From: Malacoraja senta
Lineage: Eukaryota
DNA length: 64,000 bases
Assembly (NCBI GenBank): GCA_038087875.1
Contig: CM075994.1
Span: 10,356,001 to 10,420,000 of the forward strand
Reading direction: 5' to 3'
This document shows, in pieces, positions 50,126-60,967 of this stretch (positions are counted from its first letter, which is position 1; each line of letters begins with the position of its first letter). The notes under the pieces were generated by a model that ran no database searches, had not been told where the DNA came from, and was given only the letters and a program-made list of their open reading frames with translations. The position numbers were made by a program, and so were the translations under genes.

Positions 50126-50664
50126 TTACACACCCAGAGCGGAACCGGAGCTGATTCTCATCCACTGGACATCGTCCGAAGGCTCAAAGAATGGATAAAG
50201 TTTCTCCGTGAATTTATTCCCAGTGAAAGTGTAGAGATGGGACTTGGTGCCCGCGTCGTAAAAAGAAACTGTCCCGGACTCGTAACTGAGATAAACTCCC
50301 ACCTTCATGGGGACGGGACGGGCGGGAAGACGGGATGGAGGGGAGGTGAATGCATGAAACGCGCCATCCCACCGCCTGATGCTCCAGACTCCAGTCTCCG
50401 GGGTCAGTGTGACCGTACTATTCCTCTCCACAGACTCTGCGGCGACTCCCAGACTCCAGCCCCGACTCTCCACCACCTCCACCTCCCAGTAATGTCTCCC
50501 CGACGTGAATCCCTCGGATCCCAGCACACACGTACTGTATGTAAACCTCTTCCCGGTGTTAGGGAGACTCCTCCGGAACAAGATCCGGGCACATCTAACC
50601 CTCTTCCGATCCCGAGACACCTCGAGGAGTGGACCGGCCGTTTCCACATCCATGGTGACGGAAA
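50126..50664 (-). CDS. TRIM-D exon 6: PRY-SPRY (B30.2) domain
   Basis: CACCAG|TTTCCGTC acceptor. SVTMDVETAGPLLEVSRDRKRV...YWEVEV...SFYD...KLYPFF, with a 2-aa insertion in the first variable loop. Confidence 0.93.
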
Positions 50665-53600
50665 CTGGTGGGAGAATGAATGAATGAATAATTTTGTTGG
50701 GCAAGTATTCACATACCAGGAATTTGCCTTGGTGCTCCGCCCGCAAGTGACAACATGACATACAGTGACAGTTAAGAATGATTCGTAAAACATTAAACAT
50801 TAATAATAAAACATTATAGTTTAAACATGTGAATTAAATAATATACCAGAGTAAAAGGAGCTACAGATTTTTGGTTATTGAATAGAGCAACTTCTCGTGG
50901 AAAAAAGCTGTTTTTATGTCTGGCTGTGGCAGCTTTCACAGTCCAGAGTCGCCTTCCAAAATGAAGTGATTCAAAGAAGCAGAGAATCAGAGAGTCCCCA
51001 GGGATCGGTGGGAAACTCGGGCAGCGTGGCCCTGGGACCCGGGGGGGGGGGAAGAAGCCATTCGGCCTCAGGCACAGGCACAGGCGGGCAGACAACTGAA
51101 ACCTTGCCCCAACAACAGCGGGTGGACAACAGACATCTTTCCCGGGGTTACTCAACCGGGCAGGAGAGGGGGAATTCCGCGGGTTATCGGGTACGGGAGG
51201 GGGCGAGGCGTGCGGACAGGGAAAACGAATGCGGAAAGTGAGGATGAACGAGATATTGCGGGTGGAGATGGAGAAATAAGGCGTGTATTTAAATATCTTG
51301 CCAGTAGATGGCGAGGGAGAGGCAGATTGGAAGATGAGGAGACGGATGTGAGTGGTAATTAGAGGTGGTTAAAGAGGATGTAGAGATGCCGGGTGGAGTT
51401 GCCGTGATCATACTGAACGGGAGTGGACTGGACGCACGAGGCCATCTGCTACTGTTTACTTGCTTTCTTTTTTCCTTCTTTTTTTTAATTTAATTTTATT
51501 TTATTAGAAGTAAGTACAGTCATATGGCACCATGGTGCCTAATATATATTGACATAATACATTTTATGTACAGCTTCTTATTTTTTTTTAAAATAATGAA
51601 AAAGAAAAAGAGAGAATAGATAATGAAAGATAGAAAAACGTGTGATATATAGTGTGTGAGGGAAAAAAGGGTGAAAGAAGAAACATCAAGAAAAGAAGAT
51701 AGAAAGAAAAAGAGTAGAAAGTAAAAGATTAAGGAGATCGTTATTTATATTCTTGACCATCCCTCACCCAGTCCAGGAACAGTAAGCTTCTACGATTCTG
51801 TTGCACCATATGTTTCCAAAAAGTCGACAAATGGAGACCAACTCGTTAAGAATTGGTCTGATTTATCTATTTGGAGGAATCGCATTTCCTCAAGATGTGC
51901 GGTGTCCAACATGTTTGAAATCCACATTTTAAGCGTTGGTGTGGGTGTATTTTTCCAAAATTTAAGCATACGTTTTTTTGCCGTTATTAACCCATAATTA
52001 AAAAATAAATTTTGAGATGAGTTCAATTTATTCCCATCTTCCATTACTCCAAATATAATCTTGCTTTCTTTACGGGAGGGTGGAATTGGTGCGTCTGTAC
52101 AACCAAGAACATTCTGATCGCATTGTGAAGCAATATATGAACTTCACTGAGGGGCTTGACAATGTTTTGCATGTAAGGCTGGTCCAGAAAGCGAAGGCAG
52201 GTGGGATCCAAGACGGGTTGGTAAAATGGGCCCACAATTGGCTTGGTGGTTGGAGGTAGAAGATAGCGCTAGAAGGATGATTTTGCTGCCTGGAGGTCTG
52301 TGACTGGTGGTGTGCAGCAGAGATCGGTGCTGCAACCTTTGCTGTTTATTTTATGTTTTCATGGCTTGGATGTGAATGTAGGAGGTGTGACTACAAAGTT
52401 TGTGGAGAACGGATAATGTTGTGGATACCAAGGCAGTCTGTCAAAGTCTGCAGCAGGATATAGGCTGGATCATCAAAACCTTATTGTCAGGCAGGGATAT
52501 CAATACTGGAGACGCAGTTTTCTTCACACAAAGAGTTGTTAATACCTGGAATATTTTGCCAGAGGAGGTGGTGGAATCAGATGTAATCACTACATCTAAG
52601 AGGCATTGCGATTTAGCAAATGAGGTGTAGAATAATACGGTTCTAATGTGGGCAAATGGGTTTTGTGTGGCTGGGAAAAAAGGTGGACATAGACGCGATG
52701 GGCTGAAGGGCCTGACTCTGTAATGTACAACCATAGCTCTCTGGCTCCAAGAGCGCTGAATGACTGATTATCCACAGCCGCCAGTGCAGGGATTTCCAAA
52801 GGTTGCCCAGTCTCTGCGTGCAGTAATGTCTCCTTGTCTCTGTCCTAAATGGTCCAGCTCACATTCTGAGAGGGTTTCCGCTGACTCCAGATCCCTCAGA
52901 CAGGGGAAGCATCCTCCCTGCATCCAGCCCACTGAGTCCTGTAAGGACTTTGCAGGGCTCTCGCTTAACTTTTTTCCCCTGCTGCCAGCCGGGCAACCTA
53001 GGCAGCTTTTTAGGTTGCCAAATGACAGTTTAGGTGGTCATTTAAGACGGCTTGCATGACGCGTGCGATAATGTGCTCGGACGAAGTGCGTAGTTCCCAG
53101 TCGGAATTATACTCAATGAAGCATTCACATATTATTTCTGCTTCAAATAAAGTCACAAACTAAACATATTCACCAATCAAGACATGATATATCACACAAT
53201 GACATGCAGCAAAATTATAAGACAGTATCTCAACTCTTTTTACACAGAGGCCCGAGAGCCGTTGGAGCGGTCGCAGAGGGAGGAGCTAGGGCAGTTTACT
53301 GTTCTGGATGTCAGATGTATTGTATCCAGGGTAAGGGGGGAGTATGAGGGCCAGGGCAGTTTACTGTTCTGGATGTCAGATGTATTGTATCCAGGGTAAG
53401 GGGAGTATGAGGGCCAGGGCAGTTTACTGTTCTGGATGTCAGATGTATTGTATCCAGGGTAAGGGGGGAGTATGAGGGCCAGGGCAGTTTACTGTTCTGG
53501 ATGTCAGATGTATTGTATCCAGGGTAAGGGGAGTATGAGGGCCAGGGCAGTTTACTGTTCTGGATGTCAGTTGTATTGTATCCAGCGTAAGGGGAGTATG

Positions 53601-56600
53601 AGGACCAGGGCAGTTTCCTGTTCTGGATGTCAGATGTGGGAAGTCATGGAGTCTGATAGCCCTCCAGACGTCCACATCTGCGCCAGGTGTATCGAGATGG
53701 GGCTCCTAATGGACCGTATTAGGAACCTGGAGCAGCAGCTCGATGACCTCCGTCTGGTCAGGGAGAGCGAGGAAGTCATTGAGAGGAGTTACAGGGAGGT
53801 GGTCACTCCAAGACCACAGGAGGCAGGCAAGTGGATCACGGTTGGGAGAGGCAAGGGGCACAGGCAGGGACTAGAGAGTACCCCAGTGGCTGTACACCTT
53901 GACAATAAGTACTCCTGTTTGAGCACAGTTGGGGTGGACAGCCTACCTGGGGGTAGCGACAGCGGCCGGGCCTCCGGTATAGAGACCGGTCCTGTTGCTC
54001 AGAAGGGTAAGGAAAAGAAGAGGAGGGCAATACTAATAGAGGACTCTATAGTTCGGGGGTCAGACAGGCGATTCTGTGGATGCAGTCGGGAGACCCGGAT
54101 GGTAGTTTGCCTCCCTGGTGCCAGGGTCTGTGATGTGTCTCAACGTGTCCAAGATATCCTAAAACGGCAGGGAGAGGAGCCTGAGGTCGTGGTACATATA
54201 GGTACCAATGACATAGGTAAAAAAAGAGAAGAGGTCCTGAAAGGAGAATTTAGGGAGTTAGGAGTTAAAGAGAAGGACAGCAAAGGTAACAATCTCGGGA
54301 TTACTGCCTGTGCCACGCGACAGTGTGAGTAGGAATGGAGCGAGGTGGAGGATAAATGCGAGGCTGAAGGACTGGTGCAGAAGGCAGCGATTCAAATTTC
54401 TGGATCATTGGGACCTCTTTTGTGGAAGGTTCGACCTGTACAAAAAGGATGGGTTGCACTTGAACCTGAGGGGGACCGATATCCTGGCGGGGAGATCTGC
54501 AAAGGCTACTCGGGAGACTTTAAACTAGAATGGTTGGGGGGAGGGACTCAAATAGAGAATGCTATTAGACAGTGTGTGAGGCAGGAGGCAGAGAAGGAAA
54601 GCACTCAGACGCAACATGTAGGGGGGAAAGAAGAAAACAATAATAAACACAGAATAAGAGGTGGTGGGGTTCTTAAATGGGTGAGCAGAGAAACAGAGGG
54701 GTGTAAAATGCGGGCGGAAGCAATAGGTAGCAAGGTGAAAAGTAAAAGTGGCAGGCAGACAAATTCAGGGCAAAAATCAAAAAGGGCCACTTTTCAACAT
54801 AATTGTATAAGGGGTAAGAGCGTTGTAAAAACAAGCCTGAAGGCTTTGTGTCTCAATGCAAGGAGCATTCGTAATAAGGTGGATGAGTTGAACGTGCAGA
54901 TAGCAATTAATGATTATGATATAGTTGGGATCACGGAGACATGGCTCCAGGTTGACCAAGGCTGGGAGCTGAACATCCAGGGATATTCAATATTCAGGAG
55001 GGATAGAGAGAAAGGAAAAGGAGGTGGGGTAGCGTTGCTGGTTAGAGAGGACATTAACGCAGTGGAAAGGAAGGACATTAGCTTGGAGGATGTGGAATCG
55101 GTATGGGTAGAGCTGCGAAACACTAAGGGGCAGAAAACGCTGGTGGGTGTTGTGTACAGGCCACCTAGCAGTAGTAGTGAAGTTGGGGATGGCATCAAAC
55201 AGGAAATTAGAAATGCGTGCAACAAAGGCAAAACAGTTATAATGGGTGACTTTAATCTACATATAGATTGGGTGAATCAAATTGGCAGGGGTGCTGAGGA
55301 AGAGGATTTCTTGGAATGTATGCGGGATAGTGATCTAAACCAACATGTAGAGGAACCAATGAGAGAGCAGGCTATTCTAGACTGGGTATTGAGTAATGAG
55401 GAAGGGTTAGTTAGCAGTCTTGTTGTGCGTGCCCCCTTGGGCAAGAGTGACCATAATATAGTTGAGTTCTTCATTAGGATGGAGAGTGACATTGTTAATT
55501 CAGAACCAACGGTTCTGAAATTAAAGAAAGGTAACTTTGAGGGTATGAGATGTGAATTGGCCAAGATTGACTGGCAATTAGTTCTAAAAGGGTTGACGGT
55601 GGATATGCAATGGAAGGCATTTAAAGACTGCATGGATGAACTACAAAAATTGTTCATCCCAGTTTGGCAAAAGAATAAATCAGGGAAGGTAGTGCATCCG
55701 TGGATAACAAGGGAAATCAGGGATAGTATCAAAGCAAAAGATGATGCGTACAAATTAGCCAGAAAAAGCAGCATACCAGAGGACTGGGAGCAATTCAGAG
55801 ACCAGCAGAGGACGACACAGGGCTTAATTAGGAAAGGGAAAATAGATTATGAAAGGAAACTGGCAGGGAACATAAAAACTGACTGCAAAAGTTTTTATAG
55901 AAATGTGAAGAGAAAGAGATTAGTTAAAACAAATGTAGGTCCCTTGCAGTCAGAAACAGGTGAATTGATCATGGGGAACAAGGATATGGCGGACCAATTG
56001 AATAACTAAATTTGGTTCCGTCTTCACTAAGGAAGACATAAATAATCTGCCGGAAATAGCAGGGGGCCGTGGGTCAAAGGAGATGGAGGAACTGAGTGAA
56101 ATCCAGGTTAGTCAGGAAGTGGTGTTGGGTAAATTGAATGGATTAAAGGCCGATAAATCACCAGGGCCAGATAGGCTGCATCCCAGAGTACTTAAGGAAG
56201 TAGCTCCAGAAATATTGGCTGCATTAGTGATAATTTTTCAAAACTCTTTAGATTCTGGAGTAGTTCCTGAGGATTGGAGGGTAGCAAACGTAACCCCACT
56301 TTTTAAGAAGGGAGGGAGAGAGAAAACGGGGAATTACAGACCAGTTAGTCTAACATCGGTAGTGGGGAAACTGCTAGAGTCACTTATTAAAGATGGGATA
56401 GCAGCACATTTGGAAAGTGGTGAAATCATTGGACAAAGTCAGCATGGATTTACGAAAGGTAAATCATGTCTGACGAATCTTATAGAATTTTTCGAGGATG
56501 TAACTAGTAGAGTGGATAGGGGAGAACCAGTGGATGTGTTGTATCTGGACTTTCAGAAGGCTTTCGACAAGGTACCACATAAGAGATTAGTATACAAACT

Positions 56601-59600
56601 TAAAGCACACGGTATTGGGGGTTCAGTATTGATGTGGATAGAGAACTGGCTGGCAAACAGGAAGCAAAGAGTAGGAGTAAACGGGTCCTTTTCACAATGG
56701 CAGGCAGTGACTAGTGGGGTACCGCAAGGCTCAGTGCTGGGACCCCAGCTATTTACAATTTATATTAATGAGCTGGATGAGGGAATTGAAGGCAACATCT
56801 CCAAGTTTGCGGATGACACTAAGCTGGGTGGCAGTGTTAGCTGTGAGGAGGATGCTAGGAGACTGCAAGGTGACTTGGATACGCTGGGTGAGTGGGCAAA
56901 TGTTTGGCAGATGCAGTATAATGTGGATAAATGTGAGGTTATCCACTTTGGTGGCAAAAACAGGAAAGCAGACTATTATCTAAATGGTGGCCGATTAGGA
57001 AATGGGGAGATGCAGCGAGAGCTGGGTGTCCTGGTACACCAGTCATTGAAAGTAGGCATGCAGGTGCGGCAGGCAGTGAAGAAAGCGAATGGTATGTTAG
57101 CTTTCATAGCAAAAGGATTTGAGTATAGGAGCAGGGAGGTTCTACTGCAGTTGTACAGGGTCTTGGTGAGACCACACCTGGAGTATTGCGTACAGTTTTG
57201 GTCTCCAAATCTGAGGAAGGACATTATAGCCATAGAGGGAGTGCAGAGAAGGTTCACCAGACTGATTCCTGGGATGTCAGGACTTTCATATGAAGAAAGA
57301 CTGGATAGACTCGGCTTGTACTCGCTAGAATTTAGGAGATTGAGAGGGGATCTTATAGAAACGTACAAAATTCTTATGGGGTTGGACAGGCTAGATGCAG
57401 GAAGATTGTTCCTGATGTTGGGGAAGTCCAGGACAAGGGGTCACAGCTTAAGGATAAGGGGGAAATCCTTTAAGACCGAGATGAGGAAAAACTTTTTCAC
57501 ACAGAGTGGTGAATCTCTGGAACTCACTGCCACAGAAGGTAGTTGAGGCCAGTTCATTGGCTATATTTAAGAGGGAGTTAGATGTGGCCCTTGGGGCTAA
57601 GGGGATCAGGGGGTATGGAGAGAAGGCAGGTACGGGATACTGAGTTGGATGATCAGCCATGATCATATTGAATGTCGGTGCAGGCTCGAAGGGCCGAATG
57701 GCCTACTCCTGCACCTATTTTCTATGTATCTATGTATGTATTAGTTCTTTCCACTTCCAAACAACAATGTGGTTGGATTATTCAGCGTATGATCAACCTG
57801 TGTCAATAAATCCTGGACCATGGTAACATATATGCGTACGTATAGTTGTGAATGTTGCTCATTAAATAACTACAGTACTGATACTCCATATTAAGAGCAT
57901 TGATTTGCCGTTAAAATGAATTCTGTAATAACGTGTCAACGGCAGCAGTGACAAGCGAACACTGCGGTTTTAATGTTTCACGTGTTCACAATTTAATTAA
58001 TCCATCTTAATGGATTAAAACAAATAATAACATTGGGAATTAAAACACATTTGATTGCATTCCGTTATCAAACATACTCAAAGTTCGCTCTGAAGACATT
58101 TCCAGCACAATAGGGGCAGGGAGGGGTGTGTGTGTGAATCAGTGCGGGGTGGATAGATGGCCGGGGGGGGGGGGTGGGTTAGAAGGCAGTCGGTGCAGAA
58201 TGGATGGATTGAGGCAGGTGAATTAGTACGTGTTGGTTGGTAAAATTGTGAGGGGAGAGCACCGGGGATGTCAGTGGTGTTGAATGGGGGTTCAGTATGG
58301 GATGGATGGGGATAGACAAAAGTGCTGTAGAAACTCAGCGGGTGAGGCAGCATTTATGGAGCGAAGGAAATAGGCAACGTTTCGGGTCGAGACCCTTCTT
58401 CAGACTGTTCCCCCCATTCTTCTTGAATGGGAGGATCAGTACAGGATGGATGGGGGGGGGGGGGAGATCAGTGCGGGATGGAGTGGAGGGGTCCCAGGAT
58501 AAGGGGGTGGAGGGGACGTACAAGAGAGAGAGAGAGAGAGAGGGAGAGGGGGGGCGAGGTGGGGAGGAAGGAAGATCAGCGCTCCTCGGACAACAAACCC
58601 TCCCGCACGCCGAGGCCTCCCCCTCCCCCTCCCTCCTCCCAGCCTCGGCGTGCGGGAGGGTTTGTTTCGAAAGCGGTTATCGCCGTTACCGGAGTGGCAA
58701 GCAGCGGCCCTTATCAGGGCGGGCGGGGGCCGGGAGGAGGAGGATATGGAGCCGCTGTCGCGGCCGCTGTGCGAAGCCCGTCATTCACTCTGACTCCACT
58801 GAAGCAGCTGCACCAAAGATCTTATAGCTATAGGATCTCTGAGCTGCACCGCTCGGCCCCGCACCTTGCTGTTGGCTGTTTCAGGGCGGGCGGGGTGTAG
58901 GAGGAGGAGATGGAGCCGCTGTCGCGACCACTGCTGCCGCTGTGCGAAGCCCGTCATTCGCTCCGACCCTTCCTCACCCCGCACCTAGTATCTTTGCCCC
59001 GCACAGCCGCTGCCGACACGAAACGTCGCGTTCCTTTTCTCCAGAGATGCTGCCTGACCCGCGGAGTTACTCCAGTTTATTGTGTCTATCTTCGGTACAA
59101 ACCAGTATCTGGTTGCCAAGCCGGGCAAAATGACTCGGTGTTTAGGTTGCCCGGCGGCGCTTTGAGTGGTCAGTGGCACCCGGGCAACCTCTAATTTCGA
59201 GCCCTGCTTTGTGTTTCACTGAGATCTCCTCTAATACGCCTGAACCCTCGAGTACACAGGCCTAGTCTACGCAATTTCACCCAGCACAGCAAACCCATTC
59301 TCCCAGGAGCAAGGATTCGTTCAAGTGCAAACAAACTTCGCTCTTTGTCTCTGTGATACTTCCCCCAGAATCCATTAATACCATTCATCTTCACAAATAA
59401 GTGTTGCATAAAGATGTCTTAAAAAAGAACAATGGGAAAGGTTTTAGTTTTACCTCGTTTGATGAGATCAGATGTTTCTCTCAATGCCATGTTGTAGAAA
59501 AAGGTGCGATCATAGTTTTCAGTGGGCAACGGGCCATATACCACCGACATTGATTTGGTTTCATCTCTAACCCTGCAAATATTTAACAGCTGGTTAGAAA

Positions 59601-60594
59601 TGAGCATTAGCTATTTTTTTGAGCTGTACAATAAAAACATACATTGTTTCAGTCAAAAGCATGTCCTACCTCCTCTTGCGACCAGCTTGCTCCTGAAATT
59701 AATAAAACACAAATCTCAGATTTCAGACTGAGATGGATCATGATCCCGACGGCGGGTATTTCACCAAATTGCTACAAAAAAAACCTCTGATAATTCCCAT
59801 TTCCCAACTCTTTGCCGCTGTCACACAGAAAGTGGATATTATCGTAGAGACATCGAACACGGGGGAAAGCATTCGGAATGTCGATGAAAATAACTGCGAG
59901 TATGCAACTTACGAGTAAGACCGGGCAGGTCGTGGGATTTTATCTGGAGAAGATGTCAGAGATAATGGGATGGAATATTTTAAGATTATCGGCGGATTTA
60001 AATGGGTGGGCGTTGGAAATATTATCACTACTTGTGGGGAAAATAAAAATAAAACCTGAAATGCATGATGGCCTTTAATAAATTCCACAAGAAATGTAGT
60101 AAACAGAACGTGGAACTCACAGGGTGGCCTGAAGACAATACTGCAGATAAATTTAAGTTGAAGTGGGATAAATGCATGAGGGTTAAGAATAAATTCCTGG
60201 AATTTGGGTAATTATTGTCAGATGTGGTGAGTAGATGGAACAGACGGAACATGGACCCAGTACTGAATTACTGGTAAATGCAGCATTTATTTCAGAAATT
60301 TAACCCACCATTTTGTGACTGTGCACTTTCACTTCGCCAAACTGTAGTGTAACCCCTCACCTTCAGAAATATCACACCGTCCTTGTGGTCTGTCTGTTCC
60401 TGTAACTTTGAGAGTTCCTCCTGAATGGAATTTAAATTCTCTTGAATCTCTTGAAGATTTTTCTCCATTGTTTTTACAATCTTCGCCTCTTCTTCCCGGA
60501 CATCTCCGAGTAAGAGCTGCTCTTTCTCAGTGAGAATCTGGTGCAGTTCATCAAACTGGGATGTGATCAGTGACTGAAGGTTGTTTGACTCTTC
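50126..60594 (-). CDS. TRIM copy D, exons 3-6 (coiled coil, linker, PRY-SPRY), no lesions seen; exons 1-2 presumably beyond the window
   Basis: Minus-strand exons 60361-60594 (234 nt), 59670-59692 (23), 59454-59572 (119) and 50126-50664, all GT-AG and in phase. Confidence 0.88.
50676..50975 (-). mobile_element. LINE 3' end with (TTCA)n tail inserted in the polypyrimidine tract of TRIM-D exon 6
   Basis: ...GRRLWTVKAATARHKNSFFPREVALFN. The flanks rejoin as the intron end seen in B and C (GATTCTCTGCTTCTCCCnCCAG). Confidence 0.82.
51471..52059 (-). mobile_element. L1-like LINE 3' end with poly(A) tail and 12-bp TSD, in intron 5 of TRIM-D
   Basis: ORF 51790-52044 (AKKRMLKFWK...WSPFVDFL). CTTGCTTTCTTT is duplicated at ~51459 and ~52060. 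Confidence 0.8.
53247..57740 (+). mobile_element. Near-full-length CR1 LINE (ORF1 zinc finger/leucine zipper and SGNH esterase; ORF2 APE and RT), few frameshifts
   Basis: ORFs 53472-54332 and 54310-54528 (CSGC..CARC, EDSIVRG, HIGTND, DGLHL), 54345-56009 (LNARSIRNK, GDFN, SDH) and 56083-57546 (RT). TATG/TATC tail. Confidence 0.96.
53286..53635 (+). repeat. 63-65-bp tandem repeat (about 5.5 copies) spanning the CR1 ORF1 start codon
   Basis: ATGAGG(G/A)CCAGGGCAGTTT recurs at 53344, 53407, 53472, 53535 and 53598. Confidence 0.93.
58373..58407 (-). ncRNA. Minimal type I hammerhead ribozyme motif (Penelope terminal repeat)
   Basis: Minus strand CAGT-CTGAAGA-A-GGGTC-TC-GACCC-GAA-ACGT-T-GCC. Confidence 0.6.
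59454..59572 (-). CDS. TRIM-D exon 5 (119 nt)
   Basis: VRDETKSMSVVYGPLPTENYDRTFFYNMALRETSDLIKR with canonical splice sites. Confidence 0.88.
59670..59692 (-). CDS. TRIM-D exon 4 (23 nt)
   Basis: TTTCAG|GAGCAAGCTGGTCGCAAGAGGAG|GTAGGA on the minus strand. Confidence 0.87.
60361..60594 (-). CDS. TRIM-D exon 3 (234 nt)
   Basis: EESNNLQSLITSQFDELHQ...DGVIFLK, open frame, canonical sites. Confidence 0.9.
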
Positions 60595-60967
60595 CTGTCA
60601 GATGAAAGATGAGAATCAATATATTATGTCACTCTTGAGTGTGGAAATATGCCATTCGGCCCAACATGTCCATGCTTGGCTTTATACGTTTCTACACTAA
60701 TCCCATTTACATCTATTTAATCCGGAGCTTTCATTACCTTGGCAATTTAAGAGCTTGTCTTGATAATTCTGAAATATTTGGTGAAAGTAATGTACAAGCA
60801 CATCATTCCCATTTCCCCAGTACAATTCCCTGCAACCTATTCCTTTTCATGTGTCCATTAACCCTCAGTGGACAGAACCAGGTCGCCAGAACTAGCAGAC
60901 AGCAGCACCACTTAGATTGACAGACTTCATTGATTCATACAGCAAGGGATGTTGGATTCTGACCAAG

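Larger units (their letters stand above)
52953..59206. mobile_element. Non-autonomous TIR DNA transposon with 5-bp TSD (CTTTG), hosting a full-length CR1
   Basis: CAGGGCTC...GAGCCCTG termini and subterminal GGTTGCC/GGCAACC repeats. CTTTG at 52948-52952 and 59207-59211; the flanks rejoin as an old CR1 remnant. Confidence 0.8.

Noticed and set aside
7767..60594. Assigning a specific TRIM gene symbol (TRIM39, TRIM69, TRIM35)
   Set aside because: The domain and exon structure fit several C-IV TRIMs, and these look like lineage-specific paralogs; orthology needs a phylogeny.
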